Part shown: piece after piece, positions 9,585-19,800 of the stretch | Position numbering within the stretch: the first letter of the stretch is position 1 | How the letters are laid out: each line of letters starts with the position of its first letter | Origin: a virus | IMG/VR virus record: IMGVR_UViG_3300045988_060999 | Strand: one strand, 5' to 3' | DNA: 52,108 nucleotides | Translations under genes and position numbers: made by a program | The notes under the pieces: generated by a model | Told to the model about the DNA's origin: nothing | The model's input: only the letters and a program-made list of their open reading frames with translations | Databases searched by the model: none

Positions 9585-9644
9585 CAACAGAACTGATAGT
9601 AAAAATGACGTAGAAGAAATTTAAAAATATTTTTTAAAAAAGTG

Positions 9645-9676
9645 TTGACTTTTATTTATGTTTGGTGTATTATAAT
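9645..9676 (+). promoter_or_regulatory. sigma-A promoter of an inserted single-gene cassette
   Basis: TTGACT at 9645-9650, 17-nt spacer, TATTATAAT. An A/C-rich leader and a GAAGGAGAAAACAAAATG initiation region follow. Confidence 0.6.
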
Positions 9677-9730
9677 ACTTGTAAGGAACAAGAAAACAAA
9701 ACATCAAACAAGAATGAAGGAGAAAACAAA

Positions 9731-9871
9731 ATGAGAAGAACTTATGAAAGAACAATGTTTATCGAGGATTTAACAAAAGCAGAAATCATATTATATGTTT
9801 TTAATGAAAGCAAATACACAGCAGATATAAATGATGAAATTGAAGTTAAGTACACAGGAGTTAAAGCATAG
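9731..9871 (+). CDS. small hypothetical protein (46 aa) ending at an in-frame TAG; the frame stays open to 10024
   Basis: Strong RBS. A further 50 sense codons follow the TAG in the same frame, with no internal ATG, GTG or TTG start near their beginning. Confidence 0.6.
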   Translation: MRRTYERTMFIEDLTKAEIILYVFNESKYTADINDEIEVKYTGVKA

Positions 9872-10028
9872 AGTATTATAGAGGGTGGAAAGGAAGCAGA
9901 AGCAATTGAGAGCATTGTTGATGCAGATGGAATTGATGAAAACCATGAATATTTAGTGCTTCATTGTGCAGATGGAACAACATCAACATTTAGAAATTCT
10001 CATGTAGAAATGTTTTTACGATAGGCAG

Positions 10029-11036
10029 GTGAGAACAATAGCAAAAACAAACAGGTGGAGATTTCAGAACGCAGAGGAAGTGCGACAGCAAATCTCCACT
10101 ACTCAATTAAAACAAATAAGACAAATGTATGAGCAACTTGCACAGGAAGTGACAAAGCAGGTTGCAAAAAACAAGTTAGATGCACAGCGTTTGACATTGT
10201 TACAAAGGGATATCAATAACAGAATAAAACAGTTGAATTCTGACATACAGAATCAAGTTGTTAGAGATATCAGAACTGTAAGCAATGCAGTAGTTGAAGA
10301 TGTAAGGGACTACTTGAAACAAGCAGGATTTAAAGACAGCGACATACAAGAAGCATTTTTTTATGTACCAGAAATGATAGTACAAAATATTATAACTGGT
10401 GCAATATATCAAAAGGGCTGGACATTATCAAGTGCAATATGGGGATATAATAGGAAAGTACAAAATACTATTTCTCAAATTGTTTCCAATGGTACGATGG
10501 CTCAAAAGTCAGCGTATGAAATTGCAAAAGATGTTGAAAGTTATGTATTGCCAACAGCAAACAAAAAGGCAAGAACAATAACAAGCTGGAGGAAAGCAAG
10601 GCAAACTGATGTAGATGCCAAACGTGCAAAGTATGTTGGCGAAGTTATACAAGATAAATATTATCCCGGTGGTAATATTGACTACAATGCCTTAAGGCTT
10701 GCGAGAACAATGGTTAGTCATGCATACCAACAAACATTTGCGAACACAAACAAAAATAATCCTTTTGTTGTTGGTTACAGGTGGTTAAATTCAAATTTTC
10801 ATGGTAGGGTATGTGAAGTATGTAAGGAATATGCAACAACAGACCATCATGGACTAGGGGTTGGAATATTTCCAAAAGATGATTTTCCGTTAGACCATCC
10901 CAACGGTATGTGTACTTTTGAAGCTGTTATGTCAGATGATATGGACACAATAGCTGACAAGATTGGATTGTGGTATCAATCGCCATTTGGAACATTTCCA
11001 GACATTGATAGATATGCACAAGATTTTGTAGATTAG
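10029..11036 (+). CDS. minor head protein (SPP1 gp7 / Mu F-like)
   Basis: It contains NSNFHGRVCEVCKEY...DHPNGMCTF, typical of gp7-family C-terminal regions. It sits after the portal gene. GTG start. Confidence 0.7.
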   Translation: MRTIAKTNRWRFQNAEEVRQQISTTQLKQIRQMYEQLAQEVTKQVAKNKLDAQRLTLLQRDINNRIKQLNSDIQNQVVRDIRTVSNAVVEDVRDYLKQAGFKDSDIQEAFFYVPEMIVQNIITGAIYQKGWTLSSAIWGYNRKVQNTISQIVSNGTMAQKSAYEIAKDVESYVLPTANKKARTITSWRKARQTDVDAKRAKYVGEVIQDKYYPGGNIDYNALRLARTMVSHAYQQTFANTNKNNPFVVGYRWLNSNFHGRVCEVCKEYATTDHHGLGVGIFPKDDFPLDHPNGMCTFEAVMSDDMDTIADKIGLWYQSPFGTFPDIDRYAQDFVD

Positions 11037-11058
11037 AATACAAGGAGAAGCAGAGAAC

Positions 11059-11481
11059 ATGGAAGAAATTAAAGTGGAACGAATTTGTTTGAAATGTGGT
11101 GAGGTAAACGAAGTGTCAGCAGAAAACATGAGGAAAGTTGACACTTGGACAGAAGATGGTGAGTATTTAAGAATTTGTTATATTTCGTGTAGTAGATGCA
11201 AAGAAAAGATTTTCTTGCAGGTTGATAACATGGAAACAATTAATGAGTTCAAAGAATTAAGGGACTTGACCATCAAATCCGCAAGAATGAGATTAAAAGG
11301 ACAGACAGTAGGGAAGAAAATGTTTAGAAAAAAAGATAGACTTTCAAAAGACTTGCGAGTGAAGCGGATGCAATTGGAAGAAGTCAACAACGGAAAAATT
11401 TTATATGATAAAAATAAAAAAGTTTTTACAAATTGCTTGACATTTCCGAAAGTTGGTGATATAATTGAAGATAAGATGTGA
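11059..11481 (+). CDS. zinc-ribbon protein, hypothetical
   Basis: CLKCG...CSRC, followed by a basic coiled-coil tail. Confidence 0.5.
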   Translation: MEEIKVERICLKCGEVNEVSAENMRKVDTWTEDGEYLRICYISCSRCKEKIFLQVDNMETINEFKELRDLTIKSARMRLKGQTVGKKMFRKKDRLSKDLRVKRMQLEEVNNGKILYDKNKKVFTNCLTFPKVGDIIEDKM

Positions 11482-11797
11482 CAGGTGTGGTTATAACATA
11501 CCGATTGCATCAGCATTGAAACAGGAAACAAAAGTTACAAGTCATGGAGAAAGTATAACAAAAACTTTCATTCGTTGTAACTTTTGTTCGTCTGTATATA
11601 CAGTGTGTTATGACAACACAAAAACAAAAATTCTAAAACAAACAATAAAAACAAGAGTTGAAGAATTGAATAAAATTATAATCCCAGAACAGCGAGTGAA
11701 GAAAATGAAACAAGTTGAGAAATTACAGCAGATGTTAGAAAAAGAAAACAACAGATTGTGTATTATGTACGAAGAATCTGAACTAAAAAAGGAGTAA
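11465..11797 (+). CDS. zinc-ribbon protein, hypothetical (possible paralogue of the preceding gene)
   Basis: CDRCG...CNFC followed by a coiled coil. TTG start with a GGTGA RBS. Confidence 0.45.
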   Translation: MKIRCDRCGYNIPIASALKQETKVTSHGESITKTFIRCNFCSSVYTVCYDNTKTKILKQTIKTRVEELNKIIIPEQRVKKMKQVEKLQQMLEKENNRLCIMYEESELKKE

Positions 11798-11803
11798 TTA
11801 AGA

Positions 11804-12400
11804 ATGGCAGAAGAAACAAAAGTAACAGAACAGCAGGAAACAGAAACAAAAGTAGAACAGAAAGACGAACAGCAGAAAGAAACACCAGCGGAAACAACAA
11901 AAGAAGAAGCCGTTGATGTTGAAAAAGTAAAATCAGATGCGGTTGCTGAGTATTTACAGAGTCTTGGCTATGGTGAAGACGAACTGAAAGGAATCCTTGA
12001 AAAAGATAAAGCCGCCAAAGAAGCTAACAAGACAGAACTGGAAAAGAAAGACGATGTGTTGAGAGAGACAACAGCACAGTTGGTAGCTGAGAGAGAAGCG
12101 AGAATGTTAGCAGATGCAAAACTGACAGCAATTAAATTAGGTGCAAAGCCGGATATGGTTGAAGACCTTGTTGCGGTTGCAAAATCAAAAGTCACGAAAG
12201 ACAAAGACATTGCAAAAGTTATTGCAGAAATCAAAGACGGAAAAACCGGTAAGGCTTATTTTGCAAGTGAGGAAGAACAGAAACAGCAAAAAACGCATAA
12301 AAATGTTACTCGTAAAAATGTTGACATTGCAGATGATGAAAACAAAAACGAGGGAACAATGGCGGCTCGATTATGGGCTAAAAAAAGAAAAACAAAATAA
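11804..12400 (+). CDS. scaffolding protein
   Basis: Acidic, Ala/Lys/Glu-rich helical protein immediately upstream of the decoration and capsid genes. Confidence 0.7.
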   Translation: MAEETKVTEQQETETKVEQKDEQQKETPAETTKEEAVDVEKVKSDAVAEYLQSLGYGEDELKGILEKDKAAKEANKTELEKKDDVLRETTAQLVAEREARMLADAKLTAIKLGAKPDMVEDLVAVAKSKVTKDKDIAKVIAEIKDGKTGKAYFASEEEQKQQKTHKNVTRKNVDIADDENKNEGTMAARLWAKKRKTK

Positions 12401-12418
12401 TTAGTAGGAGGAAACAAG

Positions 12419-12817
12419 ATGTTAAATCAAACAGGAGTTAAAAAGAGTTCTTATGTATCAACAAATCAGATTCTTTTTAATACAGACCCATTCGTTGCAG
12501 TATCTATTATTGTGGATGATGCACTTGGAGTTGCAGACCCGGCAACAGGAAGAAAACTTGTAAAGGCTGGTACTCCGTTAGCAGGTGACCTTACAAAAAG
12601 AGAAACAGCATTTGTGGCAGTAAATGAAGCTAGTGCTTCTGTAGCTTCTGATGCAAAAGGTATTCTGTTACACGATGTTGATGTAACCACAGGGGATGCA
12701 AATGGAACATTACTTATTTTCGGTTTTGTAAATGTTGATAGAATTGATGCAACAGTAATGGCAAAAAATGATGAATATGTGAAGGAAGCACTTAAAGGAA
12801 TTTACTTCCTCAAATAA
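12419..12817 (+). CDS. head decoration-like protein
   Basis: 132 aa, sitting between the scaffold and a lambda-E-type capsid gene (the gpD-like position). Confidence 0.45.
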   Translation: MLNQTGVKKSSYVSTNQILFNTDPFVAVSIIVDDALGVADPATGRKLVKAGTPLAGDLTKRETAFVAVNEASASVASDAKGILLHDVDVTTGDANGTLLIFGFVNVDRIDATVMAKNDEYVKEALKGIYFLK

Positions 12818-12843
12818 AACAAAGAAAAGGAGAAAACAAAACA

Positions 12844-13884
12844 ATGAGTATTTTTGACTTAATCACAGCAAATGAAATTGTTGCGTATTGGGAATTATTC
12901 TTACAAGACAGGAAACCACATTTCGGAGAAACGCTGTTTCCGAATGAAAAACAGCTTGGTTTAAAATTGGAATGGTTGAAGGGCGCAAGTGGACTCCCAG
13001 TTGTTTTAAGACCCTCCGCTTATGATGTAAAATCAATCCCTCGTCCGAGAATTGGATTTACGAAACTGGAAGCGCAGATGCCGTTTTTCAAAGAATCTAA
13101 AATGGTGGATGAAGAACTGAGACAGCAGTTAAACATGGTACTGTCAACTGGTAACCAGAGTTACATTGACATTATTGTAGATAAGATTTTTAATGATGAA
13201 ATGTCACTGTTAGAAGGTGCGGCGGCTCAGAGAGAACGTATGAGAATGTCGATGCTTACAACTGGTGCTATTTCTATCGAAGGAAATGGTCAGGCATATG
13301 ACTATGATTATGGTATGCCAGCAGACCACAAGAAAACCGTAACAAAATCATGGTCAGACCCAACCGCTACAATTATGGCAGATATTAGAGCGGCTATTGA
13401 AAAGATTCAAGAGGACACTGGTGTTACCGTAACAAATGCGGTATGTAGTTCTAAAGTAATGGGTTATTTCCGTATTAACAATGAAATCAAAGGAACGCTG
13501 TTAGCACTTAGCAACGGTGTTGGTTATCTTTCAGATGCAAAAATCAAATCTTATCTGAAAGACGAATTGGACATTACAATTAATGTGGAAGATAGACGAT
13601 TTAAGGATGAAAAAGAGAAGGTACAGCGGTTTATCGCTGATGATGTTTTTTGCATGTATCCAGATGGTAAACTGGGTAACACATGGTTCGGAACAACACC
13701 AGAAGAGAGTGATTTAATGGCGAGTGCAGTTGCTAATGTAAGAATCACCGACACAGGTGTTGCAGTTACCACAACAAAGAAAACTGACCCGGTACAGGTT
13801 GACACAAAAGTATCCATGATTTGTTTGCCAGACTTCCCAACAGCAGACCAAGTTTTCGTATATGATGTAATCAAAGAAAGCTGA
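12844..13884 (+). CDS. major capsid protein (lambda gpE family)
   Basis: The N-terminus reads LFPNEKQLGLKLEWLKGASGLPVVLRPSAYDVKS...FKESKMVDEELRQQL, resembling Phage_cap_E. Confidence 0.8.
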   Translation: MSIFDLITANEIVAYWELFLQDRKPHFGETLFPNEKQLGLKLEWLKGASGLPVVLRPSAYDVKSIPRPRIGFTKLEAQMPFFKESKMVDEELRQQLNMVLSTGNQSYIDIIVDKIFNDEMSLLEGAAAQRERMRMSMLTTGAISIEGNGQAYDYDYGMPADHKKTVTKSWSDPTATIMADIRAAIEKIQEDTGVTVTNAVCSSKVMGYFRINNEIKGTLLALSNGVGYLSDAKIKSYLKDELDITINVEDRRFKDEKEKVQRFIADDVFCMYPDGKLGNTWFGTTPEESDLMASAVANVRITDTGVAVTTTKKTDPVQVDTKVSMICLPDFPTADQVFVYDVIKES

Positions 13885-13901
13885 ATGGGAGGTAATGTGT
13901 T

Positions 13902-14213
13902 ATGGTGACAGCGAGAAAAGGAGACAATATCATTAAAGTTTCAAAACATTCTTTCGAAACGATGTTCAAAGATAAAGGCTATGTAGTTGTTTTAGACGAA
14001 GCAACAGAAAAAGTAGAAAATGTTATCGAAGAGCCAATTGTTGAAGAAGAAGTGGTTAAAACTGAAACAGAAGAAACTCCAATTTCAGAAATGAATAAAG
14101 AACAGTTGATGGAATATGCAAAAGAGCATGGCATTGATACATCCAAGGCGAGAAATGTAAGAGAAGCAAGACAGATTATTCAAAAAGTTATTAGAGAAAA
14201 AAACATGGAATAA
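13902..14213 (+). CDS. acidic protein with a C-terminal HeH (Rho_N/SAP-like) motif
   Basis: MNKEQLMEYAKEHGIDTSKARNVREARQIIQKV. Confidence 0.5.
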   Translation: MVTARKGDNIIKVSKHSFETMFKDKGYVVVLDEATEKVENVIEEPIVEEEVVKTETEETPISEMNKEQLMEYAKEHGIDTSKARNVREARQIIQKVIREKNME

Positions 14214-14230
14214 CAGAAGGAGGTGCTAGT

Positions 14231-14479
14231 ATGGATGATTTGGAAGTTTTGAGATATAACTTAAAAGAAAAACAAACACCGTATTTCTCAGATGAAGAAC
14301 TGTTGTTACTTTTGAAAATGAATAACGGTGATGTAAGAAAAGCAAGTTATGAAGGACTTATCACAAAAGCAGAAGTAACAGGATTAAGTGTTAGTGGATT
14401 AACCACAAAAGACAGTTCTAGTTATTTCAAAATGTTAGCATCAAAATTCTGTGATACGAACAGTGGGGTGCTAACGTAA
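14231..14479 (+). CDS. head-tail connector protein (putative)
   Basis: Called from position and size in the connector block. Confidence 0.45.
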   Translation: MDDLEVLRYNLKEKQTPYFSDEELLLLLKMNNGDVRKASYEGLITKAEVTGLSVSGLTTKDSSSYFKMLASKFCDTNSGVLT

Positions 14480-14850
14480 TGTGGTTATTAAAAGAGCAAA
14501 AAGCAGTTGAAAGAGAAATAGTAAGAAACGGAAGTACATACACTGTTAAGAGAAACAAAGTCGATAAATATGGAGAACCTACGCAGGAAGTTGAAGAAGT
14601 AACAACCTTGCGTGGGTTGTTTCATATTTCAAAAGGTTTTATAACAAAAAATACTTCCGATGGAAGTCAAACAAAAACAAAAGGACAACCGATGTTTCTT
14701 GCATTGTGGGAAGAATGTAAAACAATTCAGAATGGTGATTTTGTTGTTATTAATGGAAATACTTATAAAATCACTGATAAAAACAATATTGAGGAATATA
14801 ACATCATTGCAGATATTTCTTTGGAGGTGGTATTGAGTGACAGGAATTAG
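14479..14850 (+). CDS. head-tail adaptor / head closure protein (putative)
   Basis: The start overlaps the previous stop (TAATG). Called from position. Confidence 0.45.
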   Translation: MWLLKEQKAVEREIVRNGSTYTVKRNKVDKYGEPTQEVEEVTTLRGLFHISKGFITKNTSDGSQTKTKGQPMFLALWEECKTIQNGDFVVINGNTYKITDKNNIEEYNIIADISLEVVLSDRN

Positions 14851-15190
14851 AACTGATATATCACAGCTTGAAAGATGGCTTAGCAAGGCAGAAAACAAAT
14901 CAAAAGTTGCCGTTAAAATGTATGCTCAACAGGGCGCAAATAAGTTTCAAAACTATGCAAAACAAAATGCTATGTGGACTGATAGAACAGGGCACGCAAG
15001 GCAAAGGTTGACAGGTTATATAGAATACTTTTCGAATAAGGTAAGAATCAATATAGCGCATGGTGTTGACTATGGTATATTCTTGGAATTGTGCAATGAA
15101 CAGAGATATGCAATTTTAAACAGAACAGTGCAAGCGAACAGCAAGGAAGTATTGGATGGTTATAAGAATTTGCTGAGGTATCTCGTATGA
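14837..15190 (+). CDS. HK97 gp10-like tail-completion/neck protein
   Basis: GTG start with a GGAGGTGG RBS. It contains the segment WTDRTGHARQRL. Confidence 0.5.
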   Translation: MTGIRTDISQLERWLSKAENKSKVAVKMYAQQGANKFQNYAKQNAMWTDRTGHARQRLTGYIEYFSNKVRINIAHGVDYGIFLELCNEQRYAILNRTVQANSKEVLDGYKNLLRYLV

Positions 15191-15546
15191 GTATGAGCCT
15201 ATTAAAAGATGCATGGGACTTGCTAAAAGATGCAGGATTTAACCCATTTATGCCGGGACAGCATAAGGGGGAATGTATTGAGCCATATGTTGTTGTTAAA
15301 CTTAGTGGTGTGTTACCTCTTGAAGTTAGTTCAGAGAGACCTATTTATACGTTTTTGGTGTATGTTCCGGAAAATGAATATACGAAACTTGAAACAAATG
15401 TTTTTGCAATTAAGCAGGAACTTAAAAAACTTTATCCTCGCATTATGTATGCAGGGAATGAAACAGAAAGTTTTTATGACGAACAAATAAAAGCACACAT
15501 GATAAGTTTTCAATATTATGGTATTAGAAAACTCGAAAACAGGTAA
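15187..15546 (+). CDS. tail terminator / tail completion protein (putative)
   Basis: ATGA overlap with the previous gene. It sits directly before the major tail gene. Confidence 0.45.
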   Translation: MSMSLLKDAWDLLKDAGFNPFMPGQHKGECIEPYVVVKLSGVLPLEVSSERPIYTFLVYVPENEYTKLETNVFAIKQELKKLYPRIMYAGNETESFYDEQIKAHMISFQYYGIRKLENR

Positions 15547-15564
15547 ATAAAGGAGGAAGGAAAA

Positions 15565-16194
15565 ATGTCTGTTATAAAAAAGAAACTGGAATCAATTCCA
15601 ACTATTGATGTTTCACTCGTAGTAATTAGAGTTGGAAGCGAAACAGATGGAACAGAGTATGCAGTAGATACTGCGAGTCAGATTGCCGTTGAAGTGCAGA
15701 CAGAAACAACGGATGCAATCAAACTTGTGAAATCTGGAAAGTTGTTAGCGCAGAAACCGCAGACAACAACAATTACAGGTAATCAGATTACGCTTACGGA
15801 CAATGTGTTTAGTCCGACATTGGCAAAAATTTTACAGGGTGGAACAATTACTGGCGAAGGTGATACACTTGCTTATACACCGCCAGCCGCAGGAAGTAGT
15901 GAAAAAGGTAGTGTGTTTGTTCTTGATGCATATTCCGCACAATACGATGCATCTGGACAGATTGTAAGGTACGAAAAGATTAGTTATCCTAACTGTCAGG
16001 GAACACCATTCGGAGTTGGAGCGCAGGACGATACTTTCCGAGTACCAGAGTACACAATCAACTCAGCACCGAAAACAGGAGAACCGCCATATAAGATTTC
16101 GTATGTAAAAACATTACCAGATTTTTCCGTAGCAGAAGCGCAACAAATCTCAGTAGCAGATTATGAAGAAGAAACAGGTATGGTAGTAGGCTAA
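15565..16194 (+). CDS. major tail protein
   Basis: 209 aa, with a strong RBS, preceding the chaperone pair and the tape measure. Confidence 0.65.
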   Translation: MSVIKKKLESIPTIDVSLVVIRVGSETDGTEYAVDTASQIAVEVQTETTDAIKLVKSGKLLAQKPQTTTITGNQITLTDNVFSPTLAKILQGGTITGEGDTLAYTPPAAGSSEKGSVFVLDAYSAQYDASGQIVRYEKISYPNCQGTPFGVGAQDDTFRVPEYTINSAPKTGEPPYKISYVKTLPDFSVAEAQQISVADYEEETGMVVG

Positions 16195-16231
16195 AACAAA
16201 ACAAATAGAACAAAAGGAGAATAAAAAATAG

Positions 16232-16642
16232 ATGGCAACAAAAAGAACAACAGTAGAACATAAAGTAACAAGTATACAGGATTTTATCAAACAGTCTCAA
16301 GGTGAGGTTGTAGAGTTACCCGGATTTACTTCTGAGACTGTTTTTGTGAAACTGAAAAGACCATCACTGTTAGGTCTTGTAAAACAAGGAAAAATTCCAA
16401 ACGCATTATTGACAAGAACAAATGAACTGTTTTCAGGTGATGCAGGAATTGACCCAACAGACGATAACATGATGGCAGAACTTTCCGAAGTTCTTGAATT
16501 GATTGCAGGTGAATCTTTTGTTGAACCGACATATCAGGAAATTAAGGATGCAGGTGTGGAATTAACAGATGAACAATTAATGGCTGTTTTCAACTATTCT
16601 CAAAAAGGTGTAAAAGGCTTGGAATCCTTTCGTACAGAGTAA
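16232..16642 (+). CDS. tail assembly chaperone (gpG-like)
   Basis: Called from position and size. The C-terminus is acidic. Confidence 0.6.
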   Translation: MATKRTTVEHKVTSIQDFIKQSQGEVVELPGFTSETVFVKLKRPSLLGLVKQGKIPNALLTRTNELFSGDAGIDPTDDNMMAELSEVLELIAGESFVEPTYQEIKDAGVELTDEQLMAVFNYSQKGVKGLESFRTE

Positions 16643-16664
16643 GAGAATAGAATCTGTAATAGCA

Positions 16665-16877
16665 ATGTCAAAGCTGTATAAGTGTTTGCCAAGTGAGATA
16701 CTTGGAATCGAAGATACTTATACAGCTTTTTGTTTCGATGAAGCCTGTTGTAATTTAATGTTGAGAATTGAAAACGAAGAAAAACCGAGATATATAGAAC
16801 AGAACAAAAATGGAGAACAAAAGCTAGAATACAGCAGTTTTACAGATTTTTACAAACAATATGGACAAACTGAATAA
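16665..16877 (+). CDS. tail assembly chaperone, second ORF (gpT-like position)
   Basis: The frame is open from 16614 and overlaps the end of 16232..16642 in the +1 frame. There is no clear RBS before ATG 16665. Confidence 0.45.
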   Translation: MSKLYKCLPSEILGIEDTYTAFCFDEACCNLMLRIENEEKPRYIEQNKNGEQKLEYSSFTDFYKQYGQTE

Positions 16878-16894
16878 ATGGAGGTATAATATAA

Positions 16895-19800
16895 ATGGCA
16901 GTAAATATAGGTTCAGCCGTTGCATACCTCGAATTGGACACTAGCAAGTTCTCCAAAGGTTTCAAAACTGCCTATAACGACTTGAAAGTGTTTTCGGATA
17001 AATCGGCAACGGCAGGAAACAAGCTGAGAGGATTAAGTAGTACTTTTGATTCTGTCGGTAAATCATTAACAAAAACAGTAACAGTACCGCTTGTAGGAAT
17101 TGGAACAGCGGCGGTAAAAACAGCGGCACAATTTGACAGCCATATGTCAGAAGTAAAAGCTATCTCAGGAGCAACAGGAGAACAGTTTACACAGCTTCGC
17201 AATAAAGCAATTGAAATGGGAGCGAAAACAAAATACTCAGCTTCTGAGAGTGCACAAGCGTTCAAATATATGGCAATGGCAGGATGGGACACAAAAGATA
17301 TGTTGAATGGCATTTCTGGTGTTATGAATCTTGCCGCCGCTTCTGGCGAAGACCTTGCAAGCGTTTCAGATATAGTCACTGATGCAATGACAGCTTTTGG
17401 TCTATCAGCAGATGGGACAACAAAAGTCATTAAAAATGGACTTACAGTAGAAGTTTCGAACGCAACACATTTTGCAGATGTGTTATCACAGGCTTCGAGA
17501 AAGTCCAACACTAATGTTGCTATGATGGGAGAAACATTCAAATATGTTGCACCAGTCGCAGGAGCGTTAGGATACAGTGTAGAAGATACAGCTGTAGCAA
17601 TTGGATTAATGGCGAATAGTGGTATCAAAGCATCACAAGCTGGAACAACACTTAGAACGTTATTAACCAACATGGCGAAACCAACTGATACAATGCAATC
17701 AGCTATGGATTATCTTGGTATTTCACTTGAAACAACAGACGGAAAAATGAAAAGTTTTTCTGAGGTTATGCAGGATTTGAGGAAGTCTTTCGGGCAGTGT
17801 AAAATGCCGATGGACACATTCAAGAAGAAGTTAGCAGAAATTGAAAAACAACATGAAAGCGGTGAGATAACAGAAAAGAAATATAATGCCGCTGTTGAAG
17901 ACCTTACAAAGAAAGCATATGGAGCAGAAGGAGCATTAAAAGCTAACTTGGCGGCTTCATTGGCAGGAGCGCAAGGAATGTCTGGTCTGTTAGCAATCGT
18001 AAATTCAACAGATGAGGATTTTCAAAATCTAACAGATTCTATTAATAATTGCGATGGTGTATCTCAGGATATGGCAGATACAATGAACGATAATTTGAAT
18101 GGCGCTGTTACGTTGTTAAAAAGTGCGATCGAATCAGCACTAATTTCAATTGGTGATAGATTTACGCCAGTAATTAGAAAGTTAGCAGAAAACATAACAG
18201 GACTTATAGAAAAGTTTAACGGTTTGTCAGATGAACAAAAAGACCAGATTGTAAAATGGGGATTAATTGTCGCCGCAATCGGTCCGAGTTTGATAGTATT
18301 TTCAAGTGTAACAAAACTTTTAGCTAATGTTGCAGATGGTTTCAAATTGACAAAAGATGCAATATTTGGTTTTGAGAAAGTTTTAAAACGAGGAACTTTT
18401 GAACTTGGAAAAGTTACAACATACACGAAACAAATCCCCGGATTACTTGATAACATGATGTTGGCAGTAAATACAAATGTAGAAGGATATGGATTGTTAG
18501 GCGGTTCTATAAGAAGTGTGGGACAAGCATTTTCATTCCTTATTTCAAAAATTAATCCAGTTGCAGTTGTGATAACATTATTAGTTGCATCGTTCGCAAC
18601 ATTATGGAAAACAAATGAAAAGTTCCGTAACAAAGTCATTGGAATATGGGAACAGGTAAAAGGAAAGTTTCAAGAATTTTCAGATGCAATTACAGAAAAG
18701 ATAAATGCACTAGGATTTAATTTTAAAGACATAACAGATGTAATCAAAGGAGCATGGGAAGGATTTGCAAATGCTATAGCTTCGCCAATTATAACAAATG
18801 CATTACAGCTTATCGCAGATACTTTTGGAAATGTTTTGGATTTCATTTTAGGTGCAGTTGACACGTTACTTGGTTTGTTTACAGGAAACCATGAACAATT
18901 TGTTAGTGGTATCAAAGAAATGTTGTCAGCTATTTCAAGTGCTATTCTTGATGGAATCAAAAACATTGGCTCGCTTGTCGGAGAGTTACTAGCGAATGTA
19001 CTTGAACTGTTCGGATTTGACAAAGCCGCTGATGCGGTTAGAACATTCTTTACAGAAACATTTCCACAAGCAATCGAAGGAGCAAAGGAAAAAATTAAAT
19101 CTGTGATTTCAAACGTACTTGACAGTATTATGAGTTTTTCGGATGGGGTTTCTGAGAATTTCCATAAAGCTGTTGATGGCGTGAAAGATTTTGCAAGTAA
19201 TGTCAAAGAGTTCTGGACGGAAAAAGTACCAGATGCTTTTAGAAGTGGCAAGGACAAAGTTGTAGAAGTTGTTACAGGAATTAAGGATAAAATCAAAGAA
19301 GGTTTTACAGGTGCGCTTGATGCAATAAAACAATTTGGAACGAATGTTAAAACATTTTTCACACAAACAATACCAGAAGCGTTTATAAGTTTTGTGACTG
19401 AAACAGTACCGAATTTTGTGCAGTCTGTTGTAACATTTTTTGAAACATTGCCAGAGAAAGTTGGATTTGCAATAGGTCAATTTATTGGAAAGTTATATGT
19501 GTTCGGCTCTGATATGATATCATGGGCGGCAGAAGCTATACCTAGTTTGATTGATTCAATTGTAACATTCTTTGCAGAGTTACCGGGTAAAATTTGGACT
19601 TGGTTACAGAATACAATCGAGAAAATTAAAACATGGGGAGCGGCAATGAAAGATGCCGCAGTAATGTTTGCACAAAACACGATTGATTCCGTAGTTAATT
19701 GGTTTATGCAATTGCCGGGTAAAATTTGGACTTGGTTACAAAATGTTATCACAAAAATCAAGGCTTGGGGTTCAAATATGCTGAGTAGCGCAAAGACTTC

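Noticed and set aside
9869-9871. Genome-wide reassignment of TAG (alternative genetic code) linked to the phage tRNA-Gln.
   Set aside because: TAG terminates many well-delimited genes here (for example 1998, 3346, 3661 and 11036). The tRNA anticodon is TTG, not CTA. No other gene needs TAG read-through to be intact.
16590-16642. A canonical -1 slippery heptamer for the tail-chaperone frameshift (the CAAAAAG region).
   Set aside because: The sequence does not fit X_XXY_YYZ in the zero frame. A -1 shift would enter a frame that is not the one carrying the downstream ORF.
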